The notes beneath the pieces were generated by a model. It worked only from the letters and a program-made list of their open reading frames with translations, was not told the DNA's origin and did not search any database. 64,000 bases of DNA, taken from contig CATQHZ020000001.1 in NCBI GenBank assembly GCA_958296135.2, positions 3,360,001-3,424,000 of the forward strand, written 5' to 3'. The translations under genes were made by a program, and so were the position numbers. Source of the stretch: an uncultured Poribacteria bacterium (GTDB lineage: Bacteria; Poribacteria; WGA-4E; WGA-3G). Numbering within the stretch: the first letter of the stretch is position 1; the number at the start of each line of letters is the position of its first letter. Below, piece by piece: positions 29,693-39,332 of this stretch.

Positions 29693-31053
29693 TGGACTAC
29701 AACGCAGCGATAGCCTACATCACCGAATTTATTGATTATGAACGGAGTCCTGACTTCTCACGGCAGGCGCGCCTTTATAACCTCAACCGCATCTCGCACC
29801 TATTAGGATTACTTGGAAACCCGCAGGAACGGCTGCGCGTTGTCCACATCGCGGGAAGCAAAGGAAAGGGCTCAACGGCGGCACTCATCGCGTCAATTCT
29901 CAGCTCCGCCGGCTATAAAACAGGATTGTTTACCTCGCCGCATCTGAGGACACCGAGGGAACGGTGCCGAATCAATGGTGAACTCATTTCCAAAACGGAC
30001 ATCGCGCTAGCCATTGAGAAGATGAAACCGGCGATTGATGAAGTGTCGCGTTCGGAATTTGGGCGCGTCTCCTTCTTTGAAATCTATACGGCACTCGCCT
30101 TCTGCTACTTTGCCGATAAAGCGACAGACTTCGCTGTCGTTGAGGTAGGATTAGGCGGACGCCTCGATGCAACAAACGTGGTGAACCCAGTAGCAACCGT
30201 CATCACGCCGATTGGTTTAGAACACACGGCGATCCTCGGCGAAACCTACACCGCTATTGCAGCGGAAAAGGCGGAGATTATTAAACACGGCTGTCCACTT
30301 GCCTTGGCCCCCCAAGTTCCGGCGGCACAAGCAGTTTTTGAGAAAATTGCGTCTGAACGGGCGGCACCAATCATTTCCGCGGCGGCCAACAACAAGTTGC
30401 GCCGCGCGCGCTTACAAAGCGCGACTACCGAGACTCGTGCATCTGTACCGGTAGGGCAGCACTTTGACGTGGAAAACTACCCAGGGCTTTTTATCCCGCT
30501 CTTGGGAGAGCATCAATGCATCAATGCCGCAACCGCTATCGCGGGAATTGAGTGCCTCAAACAGCGCGGATATACTATGCCACGTGAAAGCGTCTATCGC
30601 GGCATCGCGCAGGTGGAGTGGCCCGGGCGGATGCAGGTAATTCAGGATTCGCCGATTGTCCTGCTTGACGGTGCACATTCGCCAGAATCCATGCGGCTTT
30701 TATGCCGAGAGATACGCCGAAACTTCCGTTACAACCGGCTGATCTTCGTTGTAAGTCTCATGCGGGATAAGGCAGTGAAGGAAGTCGGCAAGATAGTCTG
30801 TCAAGATGCGGATGCCGTGATTGTCACGGAGGTATCCGATAACCCGCGGGTAATGCCTGCTCATGACATTCATCGCGCATGGCAAACGATGTGTCAAGAG
30901 GTCACCGTCTGTCCAACACCGAAGGAGGCACTGAGGACAGCCTTGGCATGGGCATCGTCAGAGGAGCTCGTCTGTGTGACAGGTTCGCTCTACCTCGTCG
31001 GTGAGGTTCTGCATCTGAAACTTGACACCCAGTCCGAAGATATGATAACGTAA
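29692..31053 (+). CDS. folC: Folylpolyglutamate/dihydrofolate synthase
   Basis: HIAGSKGKGST, TSPHL, EVGLGGRLDATN, WPGRMQ, LDGAH, TGSLYLVG. GTG start overlaps the glyA stop. Confidence 0.93.
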   Translation: MDYNAAIAYITEFIDYERSPDFSRQARLYNLNRISHLLGLLGNPQERLRVVHIAGSKGKGSTAALIASILSSAGYKTGLFTSPHLRTPRERCRINGELISKTDIALAIEKMKPAIDEVSRSEFGRVSFFEIYTALAFCYFADKATDFAVVEVGLGGRLDATNVVNPVATVITPIGLEHTAILGETYTAIAAEKAEIIKHGCPLALAPQVPAAQAVFEKIASERAAPIISAAANNKLRRARLQSATTETRASVPVGQHFDVENYPGLFIPLLGEHQCINAATAIAGIECLKQRGYTMPRESVYRGIAQVEWPGRMQVIQDSPIVLLDGAHSPESMRLLCREIRRNFRYNRLIFVVSLMRDKAVKEVGKIVCQDADAVIVTEVSDNPRVMPAHDIHRAWQTMCQEVTVCPTPKEALRTALAWASSEELVCVTGSLYLVGEVLHLKLDTQSEDMIT

Positions 31054-31136
31054 CCGGAAGCGTTATGGAAACGTGCCTACCAGAAATGAGAGATTTGCGC
31101 AAGTCCTATTCACAAAAAAATCCATAGGAGGAAATA

Positions 31137-33494
31137 ATGCTTGAAATCAGTTCTCAAAGCGTAAAGCGTGGGAGTCGACTCCTGCAAATGTTGATAGTTC
31201 CGCTACTCGGGCTCGGTGTAGTCGAGAAGGCTTTTGCCCAAACCGCTGCCCTCCCCGCCGTGCCAACTGCATGGTGGATTGCCCCGGTCGGCTCCCTTAT
31301 CGCTTTAGGATTCGCATTCTATTTTTACCGTGCTCTCATGAAACAGGATGAGGGCAACGCCACCATGCGCGATATTGCGCAATCCGTGCGAGAAGGCGCG
31401 ATGGCCTACCTCAGACAGCAATATAAAGTCGTCGGCATCGTTTTCGTTGTGCTGTGCCTCATCTTTCTGTTTATGGCTTTTGTCCTGAACGCGCAAAACC
31501 AAGTCGTCCCGTTCGCCTTCCTCACCGGCGGATTTTTCTCCGGGCTCTGCGGGTTCCTCGGCATGAAAACCGCGACCAACGCCTCTGCGCGCACAACAAG
31601 TGCAGCAATGCAAGGCCTGAACGCCGGGTTGAAGGTCGCCTTCCGTGCAGGCGCGGTAATGGGGCTCGTCGTCGTCGGCTTCGCGCTCCTTGATATCACC
31701 GGGTGGTTTCTCATCCTCTACTATGTCTTCCCGAAGGTATTCCCCGGATTTTTGGCGGAGAACCCACTGCCAGAAATTACAGTGATTATGCTGAGCTTCG
31801 GGATGGGCGCGTCAACGCAAGCACTCTTCGCACGCGTCGGCGGCGGCATCTATACGAAAGCGGCCGATGTCGGCGCAGACCTGGTTGGAAAGGTAGAGGC
31901 AGGAATCCCAGAGGATGACCCGAGGAACCCTGCCGTTATCGCAGACAACGTGGGTGATAACGTTGGCGATGTCGCAGGGATGGGGGCAGACCTCTACGAA
32001 TCTTACGCAGGTTCTATCCTCGCGACAGCAGCCCTCGGTGTCGCCGCTGTTGCCGCAAAGGAGCACGATAACCTCGCGCTCCAACTCAAATACCTCTCAG
32101 CACCGATGATTATCGCGGGGATTGGCGTGCTCCTCTCAATCCTGGGCATCTACATGGTGCGGACGAAAGAAGGCGCATCAATGAAGCAGTTGATGAGTTC
32201 GCTGAACCTCGGCATTAACGGGAGCGCGCTCGGCATCGCGCTTTTGTCCATTCCTGTGTTGCTCTACCTCGATTTGCCCAACAAATGGCAGATTTGGGGC
32301 GCGATTGTCACCGGGCTCGCCGCCGGCCTGATTATCGGCAAAGTCACGGAAGTGTTCACTTCTCACGATTATGCGCCGACGCGCGCCATCGCGAAGCAGG
32401 CGAAAACCGGACCCGCCACCGTAATCATTGAAGGCATCGCGGTGGGAATGGAATCTACCGCCATTCCGGTTCTGACGATTATCGCCGCGGTGGCCATCAG
32501 TTATTATCTCCCCGGCGGTACAAGCGCGCCATTGATGGGACTCTACGGTGTCGGCATCGCCGCAGTCGGCATGCTCGCAACGCTCGGTATCACGTTGGCA
32601 ACCGATGCCTACGGCCCCATCGCGGACAATGCGGGTGGAAACGCCGAAATGTCTGAATTGGAAAAGAGCGTTCGAGAACGCACTGACCAGCTCGATGCAC
32701 TCGGAAACACGACAGCTGCAACAGGAAAAGGGTTTGCCATCGGCTCGGCGGCACTCACCGCACTCGCGCTTTTGGCTGCTTACCTCGAAGAGATACGATA
32801 CGGCCTGAAACACCTCGCGGGCATGGATACACTGACTATCCCCGGTGAAGGCAGCATTGATACACTGAAGGTGACAATCAACCAATTCATGGTATACTAC
32901 AACGTCACGCTGATGAATCCCCAAGTACTGATCGGGCTGTTTATCGGCGCGGTGATGGCGTTCTATTTCTGCGCGCTCACGATGAAGGCAGTCGGCCGAG
33001 CAGCAGGAGCCATGGTAGAAGAAGTTCGCCGCCAACTCCGAGAGAAACCAGGCATCATGAAGCGCGAAGAGAAGCCGGATTACGCGCGATGCGTTGAAAT
33101 CTCAACCGCCGGGGCGCAACGGGAAATGATTTTTCCCTCGCTCCTCGCGATTATTGTTCCTGTTGCTGTCGGCTTAATTTTTAATGTCGCCGGGGTGCTA
33201 GGACTCCTCGCAGGCGGGTTAGCCAGCGGATTCGTGTTGGCTGTCATGATGGCGAATGCAGGCGGCGCATGGGACAACGCCAAAAAGTTCATCGAACAAG
33301 GCGCACACGGCGGCAAAAACTCCGAGGAACACAAAGCCACCGTTGTAGGCGATACCGTCGGCGATCCGTTCAAAGACACCGCCGGGCCCTCGCTGAATAT
33401 CTTGATTAAGTTGATGTCAATGGTTTCCGTGGTGTTTGCAGGCCTCATCGCCAAATATGGCGGCGCAGTCAGCGGATGGTTGGGCATGCAATAA
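31137..33494 (+). CDS. hppA: Membrane-integral pyrophosphatase, K+-dependent type (probably Na+-translocating)
   Basis: DVGADLVGKVE, DNVGDNVGD, GNTTAATGKG (Ala at the K+-dependence position), GDTVGDPFKD. Confidence 0.93.
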   Translation: MLEISSQSVKRGSRLLQMLIVPLLGLGVVEKAFAQTAALPAVPTAWWIAPVGSLIALGFAFYFYRALMKQDEGNATMRDIAQSVREGAMAYLRQQYKVVGIVFVVLCLIFLFMAFVLNAQNQVVPFAFLTGGFFSGLCGFLGMKTATNASARTTSAAMQGLNAGLKVAFRAGAVMGLVVVGFALLDITGWFLILYYVFPKVFPGFLAENPLPEITVIMLSFGMGASTQALFARVGGGIYTKAADVGADLVGKVEAGIPEDDPRNPAVIADNVGDNVGDVAGMGADLYESYAGSILATAALGVAAVAAKEHDNLALQLKYLSAPMIIAGIGVLLSILGIYMVRTKEGASMKQLMSSLNLGINGSALGIALLSIPVLLYLDLPNKWQIWGAIVTGLAAGLIIGKVTEVFTSHDYAPTRAIAKQAKTGPATVIIEGIAVGMESTAIPVLTIIAAVAISYYLPGGTSAPLMGLYGVGIAAVGMLATLGITLATDAYGPIADNAGGNAEMSELEKSVRERTDQLDALGNTTAATGKGFAIGSAALTALALLAAYLEEIRYGLKHLAGMDTLTIPGEGSIDTLKVTINQFMVYYNVTLMNPQVLIGLFIGAVMAFYFCALTMKAVGRAAGAMVEEVRRQLREKPGIMKREEKPDYARCVEISTAGAQREMIFPSLLAIIVPVAVGLIFNVAGVLGLLAGGLASGFVLAVMMANAGGAWDNAKKFIEQGAHGGKNSEEHKATVVGDTVGDPFKDTAGPSLNILIKLMSMVSVVFAGLIAKYGGAVSGWLGMQ

Positions 33495-33506
33495 AGGAAG
33501 GCAAAC

Positions 33507-34001
33507 GTGAAATTCACAAACCTCATCGTCTATGCACTAGGCTCGCTTGTCATCTGCATCGTCGGGTGCCAACGGGGCAGCGGAGATCTTGTCGCCATCT
33601 CTTCGGATGCAGTGCCGGTTGAAGTTGAAAACTGGGGAACCGTCGTTGTTGCCGATAAAGCCGATAAATGGGGAACTGATGACTATGTCCTGAACGCCGC
33701 TACGATAACCGGCGATACGCTGACGCTCAATGTATCCTACAGCGGTGGATGTAAACGCCATGACTTCACACTCGTCGTCGCAGCGGCATTCATGGAGTCA
33801 CTTCCGGTGCAACTCAGCGTCACGCTTGCTCACGACGCGAACGACGACACGTGCGAGGCATTCCCAACCGAAGACTATCACTTTGCCCTCGGTGCAATCA
33901 AAACGCTGTATCAGAAGGCTTACGGGCAGGGAGCAGGCACCATCGTCTTACGCCTTGAAGACGCGCCGGATGGACACATTATCTATGAATGGACGATGTA
34001 A
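33507..34001 (+). CDS. Hypothetical lipoprotein
   Basis: Lipobox IVGC, YSGGC..HDF, HDANDDTCEA. Confidence 0.7.
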   Translation: MKFTNLIVYALGSLVICIVGCQRGSGDLVAISSDAVPVEVENWGTVVVADKADKWGTDDYVLNAATITGDTLTLNVSYSGGCKRHDFTLVVAAAFMESLPVQLSVTLAHDANDDTCEAFPTEDYHFALGAIKTLYQKAYGQGAGTIVLRLEDAPDGHIIYEWTM

Positions 34002-34104
34002 ATTGTGGTTCATTCTCCGGTAGGTGCGCATCGTTCGTCCCCGGTAGGCGCGCTTTCAAAGCGCGCCTATCAACTACTGATGCAAATTTGTAGGAGAACA
34101 AAAA

Positions 34105-35784
34105 ATGTCAAATCAACTCAAACCCCGAAGTTATGCAATTACCGATGGTCCAGACCGCGCCGCCGCCCGAACCATGCTTATGTTCGGTGACGGCGGCTTG
34201 TCCCCGGCAGACCTGGATAAACCTATCATCGGGGTTGCGAATACGTGGATCGAAATCGGGCCGTGCAATTTTCATCTGCGGCGACTCGCGGCGAAAGTCA
34301 AGGAAGGCATTCGCGCCGCGGGCGGCACCCCGCTTGAATTCAACACCGTCAGTATCTCCGATGGAATTACGATGGGCACGGAGGGAATGAAAACCTCGCT
34401 CATTAGCCGCGAGATTATCGCCGATTCCATCGAACTCGTCTCCATCGGAAACATGTTCGATGCTGTCGTCGCGCTCTGTGGGTGCGACAAAACGGTGCCG
34501 GGCACCGTCATGGCACTCGCGCGGTTGGATATCCCCTCGCTCACACTCTACGGCGGTTCCATCATGCCTGGCCATTTCCACGGACGCGATGTCACTATCC
34601 AAGATGTATTTGAGGCAGTAGGACAGCACGCTGAAGGCACGATAACCGTCGAGGAACTCGATGACTTGATTAGCAAAGGCTGCCCGGGGCCCGGGGCCTG
34701 CGGCGGACAATTCACTGCCAATACGATGGCTACAGCGGTGGAAATGCTAGGCATCGCGCCGATGGGAAGCGGCAGCGTACCAGCTGTCGCCGAGGAAAAA
34801 GACAGCGTGGCATACGAAGCCGGGCAATTGGTAATGGACATGTTAGCCGCCGATCGCCGGCCCAGCCAGATTATCACCCGCAACTCCCTGGAAAATGCGA
34901 TTACCTCCATCGCCGCGACAGGCGGTTCTACTAACGGCGTTTTGCATCTGCTCGCCATTGCACACGAGGCACAGATTCCAATAACGCTTGAGGATTTCCA
35001 CGCTATCAGTCAAAGAACGCCTGTGCTCGCAGATCTGAAACCGGGGGGACAGTTCGTCGCCACGGATCTCTATCGCGCCGGCGGAATTCCGCTGCTCGCA
35101 AAACGTCTCGCAGAAGCCGACTTACTCCACACTGACGAACTCACCGTTACCGGAAAGACTCTCGGTGATGAAACACGGCGAGCCGTTGAAACCGAGAACC
35201 AGAAAGTCGTGATGCCGGTAGACAAACCGCTCAAACCGACCGGGGGGTTTGCCATCCTCAGAGGCAACTTGGCACCCGATGGCTGTGTTATCAAATTAGC
35301 GGGACAAGACAAGACGCTGCACCGCGGGCCCGTGCGTGTCTTTGAACGCGAGGAAGATACCTTTGCTGCAATTAAAGGCGGAAAAATCAGACCCGGCGAT
35401 GTGGTGGCCATCCGTTATGAAGGACCCACCGGCGGACCCGGCATGCGCGAGATGCTTGGGGTGACAGCAGCAATCGTCGGCGCAGGGTTGAGCGAAGACG
35501 TCGCGCTTTTAACCGATGGCAGATTCTCCGGGGCAACGCACGGCTTCATGATTTGCCACGTTGCACCTGAAGCAGCGAAGGGCGGCCCCCTCGCTATCCT
35601 CGAAGAGGGAGATACCGTCGTGATTGACGCGGTGAACCGTCGGCTGGATGTTGAACTCTCCGATACCGAAATGCAGGCACGTCTGAAGAAGTGGACCCCG
35701 CCGCAGCCGCGCTATGCCCGCGGTGTCATGGCAAAATACGCGAATGCTGTCTCTTCTGCATCTGAAGGCGCAGTAACAGCGTAA
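34105..35784 (+). CDS. ilvD: Dihydroxy-acid dehydratase
   Basis: [42 protein letters not shown]. Confidence 0.95.
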   Translation: MSNQLKPRSYAITDGPDRAAARTMLMFGDGGLSPADLDKPIIGVANTWIEIGPCNFHLRRLAAKVKEGIRAAGGTPLEFNTVSISDGITMGTEGMKTSLISREIIADSIELVSIGNMFDAVVALCGCDKTVPGTVMALARLDIPSLTLYGGSIMPGHFHGRDVTIQDVFEAVGQHAEGTITVEELDDLISKGCPGPGACGGQFTANTMATAVEMLGIAPMGSGSVPAVAEEKDSVAYEAGQLVMDMLAADRRPSQIITRNSLENAITSIAATGGSTNGVLHLLAIAHEAQIPITLEDFHAISQRTPVLADLKPGGQFVATDLYRAGGIPLLAKRLAEADLLHTDELTVTGKTLGDETRRAVETENQKVVMPVDKPLKPTGGFAILRGNLAPDGCVIKLAGQDKTLHRGPVRVFEREEDTFAAIKGGKIRPGDVVAIRYEGPTGGPGMREMLGVTAAIVGAGLSEDVALLTDGRFSGATHGFMICHVAPEAAKGGPLAILEEGDTVVIDAVNRRLDVELSDTEMQARLKKWTPPQPRYARGVMAKYANAVSSASEGAVTA

Positions 35785-35948
35785 AGCAGCGAGGAAACTA
35801 CGCGAGACTTGGAACGCAGCGCGGGGGCTGTCCGCCGCAATCTCTCAACAGAGAAGGCGCACAACCTACCCTATACATGCACAAATTAGCATGCAAGGCG
35901 CGCTCCCAAAGCGCGCCTACCGGTTCGTCTCGCGTCAATAAAAAAACG

Positions 35949-35977
35949 TTGACAGGAAATGCATTTTATGCTAAAAT
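35949..35977 (+). promoter_or_regulatory. Putative sigma70 promoter
   Basis: TTGACA-17 bp-TAAAAT with an extended TG. Confidence 0.7.
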
Positions 35978-36053
35978 CCCGCGCGTAGGACTAAATTGAG
36001 CAGCCAAACGATTTTTTGACAAGGGAAGTCGCGACATCAAGGAGATAAACCTT

Positions 36054-37835
36054 ATGAAAAAGATGCTACTGTTATCAGTATCCATTGTGATGACTGCTGT
36101 TTTGAGTCTATCACGCGCATTTGCCGCAGATTACACCAAGTGGCATTTGCCGGAAGGGGCCGAAGCGCGGCTCGGCAAAGGGTGGATAAACGAATTGGAG
36201 TTTTCTCCGGACGGAGCGCAGCTTGCTGTGGGCACCACCATTGGTATCTGGATATACGATGTCCACACCGGTAAAGAACTTAAACTGCTCACCGGCGATA
36301 TGGGCAGTGTGAAGGCTGTAGCCTATTCCCCGCTTGGATTTTACCTTGTCAGTGGTTATTCAGACCGGACGGTGCGCGTTTGGGACATCAGCACCGGCGA
36401 GGTTATGATAACTCTCACAGGACATACGGGAGCCATCCACACGGTGGACTTTTCGCCCGATGGCAGCATAATTGCCAGCGGCAGCGCAGATAAGACTATC
36501 CGCTTGTGGCACGCGAGCACCGGCGAACTTATGTCGATTCTACCAGGGTATGAGGGCACCGTTTATACCGTTAAGTTCTCACCCGATGGAAGAATGCTCG
36601 CCGGGGGCAGTGAGGATGCCACGCTCCGAGTCTGGCGGACTGGAACAGGGGAGCAGATGTATGAATTTACAGAACATACCGAGGCAATTCAGAGTTTAGC
36701 GTTCTCACCAGGAGGGCTCATCCTTGCCAGTGCAAGTACCGATGGAACAGTTCAGTTTTGGAGCTTAAAGGAACCCGCACATCGACTTTTCCCTCCAACG
36801 CAACACGATACCCCTGTTTACGCCGTTTCCTTCTCACCTGATGGCAATACGTTCGCGACCGGCAGTGCAAACAAGGCCATTCAGTTGGGCGACGCAACTA
36901 CCGGCCGCCTTGTATCCACGCTTGAGGGACATAAAGATTCTGTACCTAAAATTGCCTTCTCACCCGATGGCAGCACTTTTGCGAGTGGGAGTTTGGACGG
37001 CACCGTCCGGGTGTGGGATACTCGCCTTCACCGCGAAATATCCCAGATGGCGGGGCACGTAGGCCGTGTCAAAGCGTTGGTATACGTTGAGGACAATCGC
37101 ATCCGTGCCAGCGGTGAAGCGTTTGATGGCAAACTGCGTTTGTGGGATGCAGGTAGCAGCCGAGAATTGTCCATCCTTCCAGAACACACCGGTTTAACCC
37201 ACGTCGCCGCCTTCTCATGGGACAGCAAAATCCTTGCAAGTGCAGGAAATTCAGATGGAACAACCCTCTTATCCGATATCGCAGGCGGAGTCTGGGATGA
37301 CTTGTTGGATGTGAACCGTCACCAGCGAGTCTCTACGCTTAAAGGGAATGAACACGGCATCACTGCCTTGGCGTTTTCTCCGGAGGGAACCACCCTTGCG
37401 AGCGGCGGACTAGATGGAAAAATTCATCTATTGGATATCAACACGGGCCGTTCACTGAAAACCCTCAAGGGACCCGAGAGCAGTGTCACCGCGCTGGCCT
37501 TCTCAGCAACGGGCAGTCTGCTGGTAAGCGGTGAATCGAACGGCACAGTGCGAGTCTGGAATGCCCTGACAGGACAAGAAACATTAGATTTCAAAATCCT
37601 CGCCGGTGCGATTGGCGCATTGGCATTTTCACGAGATAACCGACTCCTCGCTCTCGGAGACTCGGAAGGCACAATTCGGTTATTCGGTTTTGAGAGAGAA
37701 CTTGACGAAACAATCGTTACCCGACACACTCGCAAGATTACAGCGTTGATGTTTTCCAAGAATGGGAACATCCTAGCCAGTGGCAGCGAAGACGGAACGA
37801 TTCTCCTCTGGGATACACAAATTGGTAAACGCTAA
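36054..37835 (+). CDS. Secreted WD40-repeat protein
   Basis: Signal peptide, WHLPEGAEARLGKG, ~13 GH...FSPDG...ASGS.D.T.R.WD repeats. Confidence 0.92.
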   Translation: MKKMLLLSVSIVMTAVLSLSRAFAADYTKWHLPEGAEARLGKGWINELEFSPDGAQLAVGTTIGIWIYDVHTGKELKLLTGDMGSVKAVAYSPLGFYLVSGYSDRTVRVWDISTGEVMITLTGHTGAIHTVDFSPDGSIIASGSADKTIRLWHASTGELMSILPGYEGTVYTVKFSPDGRMLAGGSEDATLRVWRTGTGEQMYEFTEHTEAIQSLAFSPGGLILASASTDGTVQFWSLKEPAHRLFPPTQHDTPVYAVSFSPDGNTFATGSANKAIQLGDATTGRLVSTLEGHKDSVPKIAFSPDGSTFASGSLDGTVRVWDTRLHREISQMAGHVGRVKALVYVEDNRIRASGEAFDGKLRLWDAGSSRELSILPEHTGLTHVAAFSWDSKILASAGNSDGTTLLSDIAGGVWDDLLDVNRHQRVSTLKGNEHGITALAFSPEGTTLASGGLDGKIHLLDINTGRSLKTLKGPESSVTALAFSATGSLLVSGESNGTVRVWNALTGQETLDFKILAGAIGALAFSRDNRLLALGDSEGTIRLFGFERELDETIVTRHTRKITALMFSKNGNILASGSEDGTILLWDTQIGKR

Positions 37836-37937
37836 CCGATATCCCGCCACCTTTCGTAGGCGCAATCTCTCATCGCGACATCTTTTCTCGGTAGGAGCGA
37901 TTTCCAATCGCGAAACCACTTTTTGACGAGTTGAAAA

Positions 37938-39314
37938 ATGGATGCGATAACACAAGCCCACTACAACCTCGGCACCGCTTACCTGAACGAGAAGCAGTAT
38001 ACTGAAGCGATTGCCGCGTTTCAAAAGGCGATAGAGACAGATACCGATTTTGCGGAAGCACATGGACAACTCGGAATCGCCTATTTTGAATTGGACAGGT
38101 TTGACGAAGCAGGAACAGCAGCGAAGGAGGCCATCAGGCTGAATCCGAACTATCAGCCCGCGCTCAAACTTTTAGACGCTCTCAAACAAGAACATTACGA
38201 CAATGGGCTCGCTCTCCTCACCGAAGAAGGATACGATGGCGCAATCGCAGAATTCAAAGCGGCGATAGAAATCGACCCGGGGCTCATCGAAGCACACCAC
38301 GCACTAGGACTCGCTTATCTCGCAATAGGCAAACTGGAAATGGCGAAAGAGAGGGCCGAAGAAGCGTTAAGGCTCGACGCGGAATATGAACCTGCCCAGG
38401 CTCTTTTGGATGCCATCAAGCCAGCACCAATACCTCCGGTGGAAGCAAAACTGCAAGCACCGCCCCCGGAAGCAAACGAGGAAGAGGAAGAGCAAACGTC
38501 CCCAACGGAGGTAACTCAGGAAGCAGCGCCGCAAGCACCGTCGTCACTGAAAACCACGCAGGGCTCGCCGGAAAAAGAGAAGCATTATGAGCAGGGAATT
38601 GCTTTTCTAAACAACGGACAATCTGAACACGCGATTGCCGCGTTCAAAAGCGCGAAAAACCTTGATGCGAATTATCGGGATGCACACTACGGGCTTGGCC
38701 TCGCCTATCTGAGAGTTGGTGCCTTGGACATCGCGGAAGAAGCGGCCGAGGAAGCACTCCGAATCGATTCCAACTTTTTGCCCGCGCATCAACTTTTGGA
38801 TTCAATTGATTTCCAAAATACGCAGGCGAGAAAGCGGAGACGTTGGCGGAAAGTCGCGGTGGCTGTCGGTATCGTCGGGATAGCACTCATCGCTTTCGGC
38901 GCATTTCAACTGGGCTTCTTAAATGCATGGCTGAAACCCGCGCCACCGCCGAAGTTGGCCATCACTAAAGTCGCCTTAAATGAACACTCGGGGAACGGCT
39001 TCCTTGATGCAAACGAAAGTGGACGCATTCTGATAACCATCCAGAATAACGGCGGTGATGTCAGAAACGTCCAGGTGAAACTGGACCCGAGTCATCGCGC
39101 TGGCTTACGCTACAAACCCGTCTTAACACTCCAACAACTGGGTGGAAACAGCGAGCAGACTCTCACAATCCCGATTTCCGCCGAGGGGAGTATTCAGGGG
39201 CAAACCGTGAAATTGAACATCAACGTGATGGACAAGAATGGCATGCCGCTCGTATCTGAAGCCTTTTCTTTCAAAACGCAACCTTTGCCGCTTTCACCGC
39301 TGCCGGTTCGATAA
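37938..39314 (+). CDS. TPR protein with a TM helix and an extracytoplasmic Ig-like domain
   Basis: AHYNLG/AHYGLG TPRs, Pro/Glu linker, TM segment, C-terminal beta-rich domain. Confidence 0.85.
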   Translation: MDAITQAHYNLGTAYLNEKQYTEAIAAFQKAIETDTDFAEAHGQLGIAYFELDRFDEAGTAAKEAIRLNPNYQPALKLLDALKQEHYDNGLALLTEEGYDGAIAEFKAAIEIDPGLIEAHHALGLAYLAIGKLEMAKERAEEALRLDAEYEPAQALLDAIKPAPIPPVEAKLQAPPPEANEEEEEQTSPTEVTQEAAPQAPSSLKTTQGSPEKEKHYEQGIAFLNNGQSEHAIAAFKSAKNLDANYRDAHYGLGLAYLRVGALDIAEEAAEEALRIDSNFLPAHQLLDSIDFQNTQARKRRRWRKVAVAVGIVGIALIAFGAFQLGFLNAWLKPAPPPKLAITKVALNEHSGNGFLDANESGRILITIQNNGGDVRNVQVKLDPSHRAGLRYKPVLTLQQLGGNSEQTLTIPISAEGSIQGQTVKLNINVMDKNGMPLVSEAFSFKTQPLPLSPLPVR

Positions 39315-39332
39315 ACTGATAAGGAGGACGCG

